Below are positions 39,004 to 53,565 of a DNA stretch of 56,973 bases, piece by piece. The stretch spans positions 22,314,635 to 22,371,607 of the forward strand of contig NC_068997.1 in the NCBI RefSeq assembly GCF_001194135.2, given 5' to 3'. A program made the translations under genes and the position numbers. How positions within the stretch are numbered: the stretch's first letter is position 1; each line of letters begins with the position of its first letter. The notes beneath the pieces were generated by a model. The model did not search any database. It was given only the letters and a program-made list of their open reading frames with translations, and had not been told where the DNA came from. This DNA comes from Octopus bimaculoides. Taxonomy: Eukaryota.

Positions 39004-39449
39004 TCAAAAATGAAATATAACCTAATTCAGCGATTTCTATAAATGTGACATTTGTATTAGTATTTCGAAATCTCATGCGCTTATTTACTACCTGTTTCTT
39101 CTGTTTTATTTCAACCTTGTCAAAGGTGTCATACTTATTTAAAATTTTCAATGTTCTATACGTCAAATCATGCGTTTAAACGTTAAATTTCATTAAAAAA
39201 ATAGATAAATTTCATTTACTTATTTACCTGTTTTTCTTAGTATTAAAAAGGTTTTATTTTAGAGTATTAGTTTTGTTTTTATTCTATTTATTAATTATTT
39301 TATTTAAATTTTTCACGATACGTTATTGATTTTCAATGATTCCAAGAAAACCATTAGCCTGCAGCTATATATTCCTTGTATAAATTTAAGAAATATTGAA
39401 GAATACGCGTCGAAAATATTTTAGTAGTCAACATGTTATATGGTGTTGA

Positions 39450-39482
<33 letters not shown>

Positions 39483-40400
39483 TCGCATATATTTTAATAC
39501 ATATGCATATAGCTTTATCACTACAACTGCCTTTTATATATATGTAATGTAGATAGATAGATAGATAGATAGAAAGATAGATAGATAGATAGATACATTG
39601 TATTTGTATACCGGTATTCATGTACATATGCGTGCTTCGTTGTTATAAAATATCTCAAACGAAACACACTTCCTTTAAAATCATTTTATGCCAAGACCAA
39701 ATTATTATTTTAGGCATTAACTCTTTGCCATGTTAAGCATACACAAAGAACGTAATCTCCAATTTAATCTCCGTCGAAGACAATGAAGTTGCATTTCTCA
39801 CAGGCTGGATTTCTACAAGACACGCTACATTCATTAGCTATTGGTATTTCTGGATTATTTCAAAGAGAAATTCCAGGAATCTTAGAACCAAACTTGCTAA
39901 TACTTTTTAATACTTCACTGTCATAACAATGACATATTCCATAGATTTTGCATCAACATTTTTATATTTTCTAAACGTTTCCATTTTATTGTTCAACAGT
40001 TATTATTTCTGTTATCGCATAAAATCTTTAGATGGTGCACTAAGAAACATAGTGTGTTCATGTGTTCTTTGGAAATTGGAGTGTTCCCAAAGCAGTTTTC
40101 TTAAAATCCAATTCTTAATATCTTCTAACTTTTTACTTTAAGACTTACGCTTTTTATATTCTATTCGTATAAGTTGTTGAAACCTATCTCATATAGTCTG
40201 ACATATGTATATGTATGTAAGTATGTATTTATGTATGTATGTATTTATGTTTGTATGTATTTATGAATGTATATATATGTATATATNNNNNNNNNNNNNN
40301 NNNNNNNNNNNNNNNNNNNNNNNNNNNNNNNNNNNNNNNNNNNNNNNNNNNNNNNNNNNNNNNNNNNNNNNNNNNNNNNNNNNNNNNNNNNNNNNNNNNN

Positions 40401-40438
<38 letters not shown>

Positions 40439-41704
40439 CCAAATTTATGTTAGGGAAAATGTCAAGGGGCACGAGCGCTCGCACATACAAAGATGCACAT
40501 GTACACACACACACACACATGTATGTATATTATTTTATGTATTGATGATGGTAGCGACATTAGTGCCAACTTTAAAAAGAAATGTCATCTCGTTATTTCT
40601 TTCCCACGAAACATGATGTTTTATCTAGAATATGGAATGCATTGCAAAAGACGACAATAAAATAAAACAGGGAGTGAAATGCTAAGAGAGATGGCTCAAA
40701 GAATATTGGTGAAACCTAAAAATAAAACTACCACCATACATTAAAAACGTGCGTTGTCATGGAAATCAGCTGCCCACTAGATTTCAGTATGGAAAGAAAA
40801 ATGCTAGGGAAGAAACATTCCTACGGACCATCGATGAGAAATTCACAGATTCAGTATCCAAGATATACGTTCAAATTTATGCCTGATATTGTTAAAGATG
40901 CATGTTATATAGCTGCCAGGACCAAAGTATAACTAAACTTGGATTTGTGAAAAAGGAAGTTTGCTCCATAATTCATAAGGTACACATGGCTGAGATATCT
41001 GATAAGTTCAAAAAGAATGAACACTTAGACAAGACACGATGGCAATTCCTTTTTTTTACAACCTTATCGCCAGGGAAGTCAAAAGTAATCTAGAACTTAA
41101 CTGGAAAAATGAACATACATACATACTTACATTCATACATACATACATACATACATACACACATACATACATACATATGAAAGAAAAAGGTTGATTAGAA
41201 GACTACAGATTCAAGCCATCAATGGAACTGTAAAGATATGTAAAACTTTCCAAAGATTTAGCACATTAATACATATGCATGCATCTAGACATAAAAACGC
41301 ATCCATAAAACAAACATACAAATCTGCGCATACACTAACACCAAATACTGCACACACACACATATGCACAAATACCTTGATGNNNNNNNNNNNNNNNNNN
41401 NNNNNNNNNNNNNNNNNNNNNNNNNNNNNNNNNNNNNNNNNNNNNNNNNNNNNNNNNNNNNNNNNNNNNNNNNNNNNNNNNNNNNNNNNNNNNNNNNNNN
41501 NNNNNNNNNNNNNNNNNNNTATAACGTTATTGTACTTTTTTCTTTTCGTTTGATGTCGGCTAGATTACAAATATTTGCCGAATGACATTCAGTAACCTAG
41601 AGCAGGCATTGTAGTGTACTGTAATTGTTTAACAAAGCTTCCGGTTCTGTTTTCATTATTGGCTCATATAATAATTGAAAGAAGAGAGGGGGGGAAAGGA
41701 GATT

Positions 41705-44130
41705 TTAAATGCAGAGGTCAAGAACTTACGTTGAGTATGAGCCGTATTGCTTAATACTGATTTCTGGATTTCTTATGCTATTTTACCCTGCTTTTATTTT
41801 TCAAAGAAGCCACTGAGAGTATTTTCTTTATAACACTTTGTACTCCTCTCACAACTTGTATTATGAGCCACATCATGATTATTCCAATTTCTAAGCTTTT
41901 ACATTTGGCAAGTGTATCATTTTCCTTGGCAGACACATTTTTGTCAGATGATATTGTCATAACTATAAAAAGGCAGGCCTGGTCTTTTCTCCTTAACAAT
42001 ATCTGGGTGACTGGCGTTAATTGTGCAATCAAGATATACAGTAAAATCCGAAAGGAGCGTGATGTCGTTACTTTCATCTACTGGTGTTTGTAACAACGTT
42101 TTCTATGTTCAGCACAGATGCTTTAGCGCAAAGTTTAATGTATGTAATTGTCATCTCTGTTTGGTCTAGCTTTATATTCACTTGAAACCAAAGCTTGGAG
42201 CTCCATATACCATATACTCAGTTGTCTGGTCTGTGGCATCATTGATTCTGCACTTGTGGACTACTTACGAAGTAAGTATTGGCCATGGAGTGATTTCTAC
42301 TCATACATATATTTCAAAATTTTATGTCTTTCTGCTTTTGCTTTCGTCTTAGGCATTTTGGCTGCCTTTGTTGGAATTAAATCATCATCGTTAGCCCTTT
42401 CTATTATTGTAATGAGTAATTATTGTTGACATTTCTCAGTTTATCTGCTTACATCAATGAGTTTTTTCTGGAGTTCATGTTCTTTCATGAATATTATCAT
42501 CCAATCATTGATTTTGTTTAAGTACTTTTGCAAACCAACTGTAAACTTTTATATGAGGGTTCTAGTGTGATCTATGATCTTTCACTCACTTTCCTTGCCA
42601 GGTACAGGCGGTCTGTATCTGCCTTTAGATGGTGCATATTATTGGCAGTTAAGAGTCTTTGTGTAAATTTTCTGTAGGTCAACTAGGTTCCAGTTGATAA
42701 CATTAAAATTATATTGTATAAAAGATACTACAAAGGTGATAATAATTTCTATGCTGTTCTTGGAGTTCACTTCAGTTTTCAAGAACAGCCTTACTCTTCT
42801 GCAGAACACTTTCGAATATTCTCCTTCATTTGTGCGTACTGAATATCTTTACCCTCAATCATGCGAAGATAATTTTAACTTCTTTCTAAATATAGTTCTT
42901 TTGTGGTTGTATCTTCGTCATGATAATAAAACATGTAAGTTTTCACCTTTCAAAATTACTTTTCTACCTTTTTCGAGACCAAAATTCATACCGATATCAT
43001 TTCCCGGTGTTAGGATCCTTCTAATTCTCTGTCATTGTTAGCATACAACATTGAAACGTCCATAAAGAAGGAATAGTTATTGCTTAGTTTATATTCATGC
43101 GTTGCACTGTTTTAGTTCATTTGAAAGTAGGAAGGTCACAATACAGAACAAATTGTTGAGAGGAAATAAGCTGGGAAAATGCCATAATTTATTTTGAGTT
43201 TATTAAAATGCATCGCTCTGCTGCGATTAAGGAAAAGAGATGAGACCTACATATTCATAATATGTCGGAGAAAATATGAGATTACCGGAGTGATGTTGTA
43301 CTTGTCCAGAATTTTCAATTTCCACTCATGAAGGTCACTATCAAAATTCTTTTTGAGACAGTTTTCAAGAATCATCCTACTGTTCAATAACTGATCTAAA
43401 CAACCATATGAGTTTCGTTTATTACGTTTTCGTTCTTATGGTCTGATCTTATTTACTTCGAGAAAGGAATGCTTTCTGTATGATAGCATCTGTTTAGAAG
43501 CTTCTAAGTTGTGGTGAAACATGTGATAGGCTCATAGCTCTTTATGTCTTTAGTTTCTATTGTTATGGGAAGGAGACATGTAGTTCCTTCCGTCAACGAG
43601 TTTGGGATTTCATCAGGGTTTTCAATAATGAGAGAGATTTTGCAGACTATACCTTATGCTTTCCCTGTCAAGCTTGTGATTTGGTATTCGGTCTATCCTT
43701 TGTCTTCGATTTGCGTGATTTACTGATGGTCTATCTCAGTTGTCACTCCAGTCTTTTATATTTTCTATTGATCCTGGAATCTTCCTCCCTGTACTCCTTT
43801 AGATTTCTCTCTTCCAGAAGTTCTCTACTTCTTTTGTATTTGGTAGTTCCTTTATTTCTACTTTTTATTTCCCTAATCCGCCATAGAATATTTACGTCCG
43901 TCTGGGGAATTTTACTTTGTCTCTAAAATTTATTTCGCTCGTCAAACCTTCTGGCATTTTGCATTTTACATAAATACGCCGCCTCAAGGTTTCCTGGATG
44001 GTAGGGAAGGCATCTTATCTATTGATATTATGTTCCCCTCCTCTCAAATTTGTTGGCTCTCTGCCAAACTCTGATCGAATAAATATATGCTCTGATTTCT
44101 CTCTCCTACCTTAACTGACCAGATTAAATC
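41705..44130 (-). mobile_element. Heavily decayed R4/Dong-type LINE, about 2.4 kb, spanning RT to restriction-like endonuclease
   Basis: Colinear motifs on the minus strand: EVENFWK, IENPDEIP..TEGTTCLLP..SYEPITC, YGCLDQLL, INYGIF, FFMDV..LYANND (about 43058-43069), DIGMNFGLEK, MHHLKADTDRLYLAR, SLHGQY, TLLSDF..HPDIVK, SDKNVSAKE...EIGIIMMW, EIQKSVL..TAH..RKFL. Confidence 0.88.
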
Positions 44131-44164
44131 ATTTACATGAAAACTAATGTTTCTTTTCAACATG

Positions 44165-44465
44165 GATGTTTTCGTATTCCTTACAATCTCATGGTTTCGG
44201 GTTCAATTGCACTGCGCGGTATCTTTGGTAAGCGTCTTTTACAACAGAATTATGCCAGCCGATCGACGCTTTGTGAGCGAACTTCTTAGGCGAGAAATGT
44301 GTATGTTTCCTCATTTCTACCATGATTCGCCAAAGGAGACTGTTAGAATGACTAGCAGACGTTAAACAAGAAATAATCACTGGGGTCGATTTTTTTTTCC
44401 ACTAAAACTTTCAAAACAGTTCACTAGCACTTTCGCAGTTCAATGTGTGAAACAAGCAAAAGATA
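44165..44465 (+). mobile_element. SINE family B, diverged long form
   Basis: catggtttcgggttcaattgcactgcg..ctttgtgagcga..ggggtcgatt..gcagttcaatg..gaaacaagcaaaaga. Confidence 0.7.
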
Positions 44466-45404
44466 AAATATATACTTGAGAATTAATTATCTGGTCTACA
44501 GAGAGAAATACACAACGCAGAGGCGTTATCAGGATATGAACCTTTTATAGCATTTCCTTTCATTGTCCGTCTTTGTTGTCTTATCTGTTCCACAACTATC
44601 GTTGCTCTACTCGATTTTCAATTACTTTCTACTAAAGCAGTTGAAGCTTGCTTACATAACGCCTTTATACGTGACAGCATACCAAAGAAAAATTGATTCC
44701 TCGATACCTTTATAAGTACCTGCGGATATAAATATATAATCTACAGTATCAATATGAAGCTTGTAGCATTAATATTGAATCACATCTGTGAGTTAGTATC
44801 AGTTGTGTCTATTAAATGTCTGCAATGTGAATTTAGCATCGCCTGTATCAAATTAGTGTCATCTTTGTTGATTTAACCGTTTCTCTATGTTCAATTAAAA
44901 GATTTCAATGTCGATTCAACGTCACCTATTTCTCTCTACAACTGAATTGAAGAGCTCAAGCTGTTGAAATCCGTTCCTGTCAATAATCTACTCGTATTTT
45001 TAACGCAAGCAAAAATATTTACAACTCAATGTTGTTTAACACACCATCCCACCTCGTATCGCTTGTTGTGATTGATTCGCACCAAAAGACGAAGCTTGCT
45101 TCACGTGTTACGCTTGTTTATGTATAACAAGGAAATAAATGTGTATTTCATTCGGGTTCCAAATCTCGAAGTGACAGTGATAAGCGAAATTGTATTTCTA
45201 TTGGCTATTGATAATCGAAGCGAACTGTCTAGGTAGAAGAGATAGATTGATCGATCGAATGTTATAGAGTGTAACAGTATTTTTTATATCCGGTTGCCAC
45301 ACTTGCAAAGTATTGTCAAAAGTAAGTAAATATAATGAAGTATGTTCTCGAACATGGATATAAACGTGTGTACGTGTGTCTATGTGTGTACGTGTGTGTA
45401 TGTG

Positions 45405-45535
45405 TGTTTTTTCTTAGTGGTTAAGGAATCCATTTCGCCAATACGCTGTTTCTGGTTCGGTCCCATTACATGTAATCTTGAAAAAATTTCTTTAGCTATA
45501 GTCTTGAGTTCATGAATGCCTATTGAAAGCATGTG
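45405..45535 (-). mobile_element. SINE family B, diverged 5' part (head at left)
   Basis: gtggttaagga..ttctggttcggtccca..gctatagtctt..tgagttcatgaatg. The family assignment is plausible, but the head reads on the plus strand, so the strand is uncertain. Confidence 0.4.
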
Positions 45536-47614
45536 TGTACACATGCGCACATACACAGAAACGCGCACACACTCACACACACACACACATTCTCACACAT
45601 GTATACATACACAAATGTGCAATGCGTTTTGAAAATTACATTGTTAATAGAAGTTAACTTCACATCCTGAAGTCAGCTTGTACCTGTACATCTTTCAGTG
45701 GATGTCACTTATGGCTTTTAAATGGAATTTATATAGTTATTGGGATCCGAAATCACATTGCACAAGAAATGTGTCTTCTGTATTCTCTAAATTTGATGTT
45801 TCTTTACAAGTGGACACCTGGATCAATTTTGGATTCTTGCTCGGACATTGTTTCTAGAAATATTCAGAGTCTGATATTCTATTTTCAGATTTTGTAATTT
45901 CGTTTGTGGGGAGTTCTTGATAAATAAAGAAATAATATATAAATTGGCTGTAGATAGGCGAATGTCTTTATATTTACAAACAGAGAAAAACATTATTCCA
46001 AACATATATAGAATTTATTAGAAAATGACGCGCATTCAAAGGTTAGGATTTGTTTCGCTTTAAAGATTATTCCAGCAATTCAAATAGAGAAATAGAACGA
46101 TTAAGACGAAATTTATCGCAATGACGAAAACCCGAGACAATGAAGTGTTGGAATAAAAACAAAAGAAATTGCGGAGAAAATTGCGACGTGGAAATGGACA
46201 ATTTGACAATAAGCGGGACGATGGTGACCTTGAAGATAACATGTCGATAAAAATAGCATTGAAGATGAGACGATACCGGTGATGACAACAATAGCATGAG
46301 TATGAAGATAAAGCACGTAATGAAAGTGATGATGACAAGAGGAGGACGGCGTCATTGCTGATGATAATTGTGATGCTTATGATGATGATGTTGTTGATTA
46401 TGCACAAACAGGGTAACACTTTGGTGTATAGATTATTTTTAGATCGAAGGTATCCACCAGGGTTTGAATTGATCAAGAAACGTACCGTGAATTCTTTCAA
46501 TAATTATATAAAGACAAATAAAGAGTATGTATATAAATACACATGCGTATATAAGTGTATATATATGTGTGTGTATATATGAGTGTGTATATGTGTATAT
46601 ACATATACATATACATATATATATANNNNNNNNNNNNNNNNNNNNNNNNNNNNNNNNNNNNNNNNNNNNNNNNNNNNNNNNNNNNNNNNNNNNNNNNNNN
46701 NNNNNNNNNNNNNNNNNNNNNNNNNNNNNNNNNNNNNNNNNNNNNNNNNNNNNNNNNNNNNNNNNNNNNNNNNNNNNNNNNNNNNNNNNNNNNNNNGTGT
46801 GTGTGTGTGTGAGTGTGTGTGTGTGTGTGTGTGCGTGTGTGTGCGTGTGTGTGTATAGGTATATACATAAATACACACACATACACACATTCTTACACAT
46901 ATATATGTGTGTTCAATTGAAGGTGACATTGACGTTTTTGGACAAAGTTCAAACATCAAAAAGAATACAACAGAAAATCTGATGACGTTGAATGGTAGTC
47001 AAAAAGAAACAAAAAAAAACCTAAAACAAATTATAAAAGCAAAGAAAACAAGTCTGTGGAAAAACATTGTTGTTTAATCGTGTAATTAAAGTTTCTCTGC
47101 TTCAATGGCGAAAGATATATTTAACAAGAAGCTGCACAGCAACACTAGCAACAACAACGATAAAAATTATAATAACAACGACGGCAACAACAACAACAAC
47201 AACAACGACGGCGACGGCGACGACGACGACAGCAGCAAGAACAACAATAAACAGGAAAAATGAGAATAATCAAAATATAATCAACAAGAACAACAACAGC
47301 AACAATTACAACGCTGACAAGCAAAATGAAAATGTTAGAATTCTGCTTTAGAATATTAATATAAAATTAATAATCATAACCATCGCAGTCATCATCACCA
47401 TCACCACCACTGCCCTCCCCCCCCATCATCATCATAATCGTCGTCGTCATTACAGTTGATCGTCATCGTCATCAGATAGTCGCCAGCAACATCATTCGCC
47501 ACCATTCACCATTTTGACCATCATCTATGTCAATATTCTGACAAATATGTAAACCAAATAATATTATTTATATATTTTGTCTATTTTATTAAATTTTTAG
47601 TATTATCAAAAACT

Positions 47615-47680
47615 ATTATTATCATTATTATCATTGTTACTACTACTACTACTACTACTAATAATAATAATAATAATAAC

Positions 47681-47754
<74 letters not shown>

Positions 47755-47863
47755 TAATTATAATAATANNNNNNNNNNNNNNNNNNNNNNNNNNNNNNNN
47801 NNNNNNNNNNNNNNNNNNNNNNNNNNNNNNNNNNNNNNNNATAATAATAATAATAATTATAAT

Positions 47864-47904
<41 letters not shown>

Positions 47905-48031
47905 TGATGATGATGATGATTATGATGATGATGATGATGATGATGATGAAGCTTATACTGCAGCTGCTACTGATGATGATGATTATAATAATAATAATAA
48001 ATAATGATAATAATAATAATAATAATAATAA

Positions 48032-48062
<31 letters not shown>

Positions 48063-48133
48063 AAGAAAAAGAAGAAGAAGAAGAAGAAGAAGAAGAAGAA
48101 TGATGATGATGATAATGATAATAATAATAATAG
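47615..48133. repeat. Long compound trinucleotide array (ACT/AAT/GAT/AAG) with an internal gap
   Basis: Read directly; N gap at 47769-47840. Confidence 0.95.
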
Positions 48134-48221
48134 TAAGTAATTCGTTTTATTGGCCACAAGGGATAATATCAATTAAAAACATATAAGGACAAAGACAGGA
48201 CGAAGGTTACAAAAGAATAAT

Positions 48222-48425
48222 CCTTTCTACTATAGGGACAACGCCTAATATTTTGAGGGAGGGGGCGAATCGATTACATCGCCCTCAGTCGTCAAGTGGT
48301 GTTAATTTTAATTCAAACCTGAAAGGTTGGAAGGCAAAATTGATTGTTGCAGAATTTGAACTCGGGTACTATATAAGCGGATAAAATGCCGCTATACAAT
48401 TTTGTCCGGCGTACTAACGATTCAC
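48222..48425 (-). mobile_element. SINE family A copy (diverged)
   Basis: tcgattacatcg..gaaagg..aatttgaactc..aatgccgcta..ttttgtccggcgtactaacgattc. Confidence 0.75.
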
Positions 48426-48492
48426 CTACCTTTCGTTAACAATAACAACAACAACATCAGTGATTATAATTTCATCATCATCATCGTCGTCG

Positions 48493-48526
<34 letters not shown>

Positions 48527-48837
48527 TACTGCTACTATGATTAATATCATTATTGTTATAGTGGCTGTTGTGGTAGGTGTTTTTGTTGTTGTTGTTGTTG
48601 TTGTTGTTGATATATTTCTCTTGATAAAATAATAGTGAAAAGAAAAGTAAGAAGTTAGAGTGGAGTGAAACCCCCATGGGTGGGATTATTTTCGCAAACT
48701 ATAATGGAGTTTCAAATACTAGCATTGTTCCGTGACGTGATGAAACTGAAATACAGCGTCCGTTGTGAGGCTGATATCGTGTGTACGTGTGTAGTGTGTG
48801 TCCGTGTGTTGGGCTCTATGTAGGCATATAAATATAC

Positions 48838-48869
<32 letters not shown>

Positions 48870-48892
48870 TTGTAAGTATGTACGTATATATG

Positions 48893-48945
<53 letters not shown>

Positions 48946-49048
48946 GCGAATATATATGTATGTGCGTATGTATTTATATATACAGATTATTTATATATAC
49001 AGATTTATATATACATTGACGTCTGTGTATTTATAAGCGTCAGTTTAT

Positions 49049-49087
<39 letters not shown>

Positions 49088-49141
49088 GTACATACACACA
49101 CATATACACATACATTTATTTACATCATTATATGTATGTAA

Positions 49142-49176
<35 letters not shown>

Positions 49177-49187
49177 CACACACACAT

Positions 49188-49219
<32 letters not shown>

Positions 49220-49499
49220 GTGATTGTTATTTGTACAAGGTATTAAAAAGTGGTGGTGTTTTCCTGGTTGAGTGCGTATTTGACCATGTGTGTACTTGAG
49301 GGATCTTGTCTATGTATGTATATAAGTGTGTGTTGGTGCCTCCGCATGTATATTTATACTATTGTAGTGTAGTATGTGCACATATGTATTCGTACATTTT
49401 GGCGTATATTGCGCATCTTTTTCTACTCAGATATTTATATATGGATAACATTTTGATACACGCACAAACGCCCAAACGCACACTGGCACACACACCCAA

Positions 49500-49502
<3 letters not shown>

Positions 49503-49580
<78 letters not shown>

Positions 49581-49596
49581 CACACACACACACACA
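49503..49596. repeat. (CA)n microsatellite
   Basis: Read directly from the sequence. Confidence 0.97.
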
Positions 49597-49704
49597 AATG
49601 TATATGTTTCTAATTCGTGTGACTGGACAAACTGAAATAGCATTCAGAAGGAAGACAACTATAAATTGGCTGGCCACAACACACGACTGAAGGGCAAAGA
49701 CGTG

Positions 49705-49854
49705 CTTCTTTCAGTCTCCGTCTACCAAATCCACTCACAAGGCTTTGGATTGCCCGAGGCTATAGCAGAAGACACTTGCCCAAGATGCCATGCAATGGAA
49801 TGAACTCAGAACCATGTGGTTGGGAAGTAAGATTCTTACCACACAACCACGCCG
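49705..49854 (-). mobile_element. SINE family B, short form
   Basis: cttctttcagtctccgtctaccaaatccactcacaaggc..gacacttgcccaag..gaaccatgtggttggga..ttcttaccacacaaccacgcc. Confidence 0.9.
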
Positions 49855-50957
49855 TATGTATGAATCTCAAATTAAAGTAAGTTTGTTACGGAGGGTATGC
49901 TTTTAATCATAGGCCAACTCGATCACGTCTGATCTGGTGCTAAAATCCAATGGCAATTCCAATGAAGGAGTTAACATTTGGAACGTAATTTCCATTGAAT
50001 TGAAAGAACGCGGCAGCAATTCGTAATATCGTCCATGGTTTTAGCAATGGAAATATTAATTAGAAAAGGAAATTCAAAGAATGATTCTTATTTTGTATAC
50101 CTTTCTCATTATAGCTAGCATACTGCTAAAGTTATATGGACACAGAAGTACCGCACGGACAAGAGAAAGTCCGAATGACAGCGGAAACTGTAATTTTACA
50201 GGAAAGTTTGGTGACTTATTGGCTGCGTTTAAAAAGCTTTTTCCCTAGCTTGTCAAAAAAATGTAAACCTTGCGTTTCTATAAAGTGGAAGAGTCGAAAC
50301 AGAACACATCATAAAGCTTTTAAGAATCTACAAACATGGTCTTGTCTTCTATACGGAGGCATTTTCCAAAAGGAAACAGGATTGCATGAGAGAAAGAGAA
50401 CGAAGGAAATGTCTTGATGTTTATATGAAGCTCAATTAGCGTTCTTTTTAAGAGCTGACATCTCTTAATTATTTGTGAAAACGAAAGGAAATTTATTAAC
50501 CTCCAAGCTATTTCGGACTACTTTGCCACTAATAAAAGAAAAGCAATTTTTTCGTACTTGATATTGGGATATTGCATGGAAGATTGAAAGAAATTCTTCC
50601 AAGGAAATCGCATAGCAGGACACGTGCCACGTTGATTCAGTTACACACACACGTACGTACATGCATACTGCATACCTACATACATATATATATATACATA
50701 CATTTGTGTGTGTGGAGAAAGAGGGAGAGAAAGAGGAGAATGAAGACGTGTTCTTTGAGTTTAATATCACAACGATTTGATGATTTTTCAACAGAAAACA
50801 GACATCTTCCAGGGATGAATAAATTATGTAAGAGTATAAATATGATGCATTGATTACTTTAAGAGAATTCCTCCTTGTATGCTTGTTTTTAATTTTTGCA
50901 GAATGACCAGATTTTGTATATATGAATCTGAGTGTTGTGCGCGTGCGTAATGCGTGC

Positions 50958-51065
<108 letters not shown>

Positions 51066-52119
51066 TTGTGTGTGTATGTGTGTATGTGTGTGCGTTTACA
51101 TGGATGGATATGTATTTGCCTATTTATGCATGTTAGTGTGATCAAACACAGACATATACACGTGCATGCGCGAACATTTCATTTCTCCCATCATTAGATA
51201 AAATAAATATACCGGAAACTACTAGAATAAACATTTCCGGTTAGGGATAAAATATGGCATATATTTTGTTGGGCCCACTATATACACTGCTAATTACAAT
51301 AATTTATACATGCCGTTTGGTGAATAATTATATTTCACCTATGCCCATTTGTTTCTGTTTCTGTGCGAACTAATGTTCGTTTCAATAATTTAAGTGAATT
51401 CATTATGATGGTGAGTTTGAATAACCATGGTCGTTTAGTGCATTGGTTTGATAAAGATTTTAACATTATCTTTGTGCATATATATATATATATATATGGG
51501 CTTGTGCGTGTGTGTTTGTGTGTAGTTACGTGTGTGTTAGAGAGAGTGTGTGTTAGAGAGAGTTTGTGGGCGTTTGTATGTATGTGAGTGTATGTGTGTG
51601 CACGCTAGATTGTTTGAATTTTAATCAGATAGGCGACTTAGTTAGGGGCAGATCAAAGGTAATTTTGATAGTTTAGCAAGGAAACGGAAGACATACTCAA
51701 TATGTTCAATAATGATAATCAGTGAAGCATTAAGCTTTAAAAGTGTAGGTTACTATAATATTCTTATTCGAACCAATGACTGGGCCTCTATGCGATCGCT
51801 TGACATACTAGAAAAAACAGTGAAGTTTCTATCAACATACAGGCCAGCAGCAATATTAAAGATGTTGAAGATAACTTTTTGCAAACTGCCAATCAGAAAG
51901 TTCGGTGGGCCGCAGCTTGTCCTAGATTAGTCTGGATAATATAGTGTTAAACGTATTTATAAAACGTATTTATAAGACGTATTTCTAATACAGGGCATGG
52001 TCACGAATCTACTACCTTTCATCATGAGTCTGCTCCATCGGGGATGACTCGTAGTCTTTTACTTGTTTCAATCATTGAAATGCGACCATGAAAGGGTTCA
52101 ATCTAACAAATGGACTCAA

Positions 52120-52292
52120 GTATTTTTTAAAAACTTTATTTACATCAAAAATAGTACACATCTGGTACATGTTTCGTCGACACAAAAGAGATAGAAGGCA
52201 ACGTGAACGTTGTCAGAAATCGAACACAGAATGTAAACCTGTAAGATATACTGCTTAGCATTTTGTCCGAGGTGTTAACGAATCTACCAGCT
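52120..52292 (-). mobile_element. SINE family A copy (diverged)
   Basis: ctggtac..gtcgac..gaaggcaacgt..gcttagcattttgtccg..taacgaatctaccagctc. Confidence 0.65.
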
Positions 52293-52470
52293 CACTTTTC
52301 ATCTTTGGTGATTTTTAATGAAGTGCTGTTCACCCAAAATACTATTGACTTCAAAGAAACAGTTGCCCTTGTATCAGACTGATTTGACGGAGTTTTGGAC
52401 AAATTCGTTGACGTGAAGAGTAAGCACTTGAATGAGAAACTTCAGGCTTCTAGCGGTCTCCGATTCACTG

Positions 52471-52582
<112 letters not shown>

Positions 52583-53188
52583 TGCGTATCGATAAAGAGA
52601 GAGAAAGAGAGTATCACCAGAAACGATAAAATGCTATACCTGCAAGACTCCAATTACCAGTACTCCGAGCTGCTCGTTTCCGATCATCACATCATTCTTT
52701 TTGGCATATTTACAGTATGAATAGTTTTTGGAACTATAAAATGAAAGGTTCAAAGAAACGCTCATCCCTCTGTTTAAAAGCTTTTGCGAACGCGACTGCT
52801 TCAAACTCAAGCTTTTGATTTTATTTCTGTTTCTCGTAATAACTTATTATAAACGCCAAACAATCGAAGCCATTACTGCATAATCACTTTTCCAAAATAT
52901 TACATTGAATTAATTCTTTTAATTAACGTTTTAAAAACAACGTGTATATGGGTGTTCATTCTGTATACGCCTGCGCAGACGCATCCATACAGACATATGT
53001 GTACCCAAAGAAATGTATATATACACAGAATTATATATTCATATGTACATACATGTGCTCATATGCTTATATACATATACTCATATCTAGAAACGCATAC
53101 ACATATTAAAACGTACACCGACGGGTTTTCCTTTGAACCACGACCAAAAACAAGATGGCTGGTATTTGTCTATAAAATACCTAGACTC

Positions 53189-53565
53189 ATTCTTTTATTC
53201 TTTTATTCATTTGGCTGCGGCCATGCAGGAGCACCACCGTCAAGGGATTTTGTCGAAGGAACCGACCCCAGAACTTATACTTTGTAAGCCTAGTACTGGT
53301 TCTAGTAGTGTCTTTTGCCGAACTGCTAAGTCACGAGGATGTATACATACCAACATCGGTTTTCACGCGATGGTGGAGGAACAAACACAGATAGATACAA
53401 AGACAAATACACATATATATACGACGGGCTTCTTTCAGTTTCCGTCTAACAAATCCACTCACAAGGCGTTGGTCGGGCCGAGGGTATAGTAAAAGACATT
53501 TGCCCAAGGTGCCACGCAGAGGGACTGAACCTGGAACCACGTGGTTAGGAAGCAAGCTTCTTACC
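53189..53565 (-). mobile_element. SINE family B, long bipartite form
   Basis: Reverse complement of the 12481-type element, with a (TTCTTTTA)n-like tail at the left end and ggaagcaagcttcttacc at the right end. Confidence 0.9.

Noticed and set aside
39800-40130. Possible very old R4 C-terminal remnant on the minus strand (KLLWE.., QNLWNM.., KIPGISL)
   Set aside because: The similarity is too fragmentary across frames to call without a profile search.
52620-52722. Frame reading ETIKCYTCKTPITSTPSCSF, resembling a Ly6/three-finger exon start
   Set aside because: The acceptor is preceded by an AG-rich stretch, there is no convincing donor, and no further Cys-rich exons were found. It is probably chance, and spliced reads would be needed to revive it.
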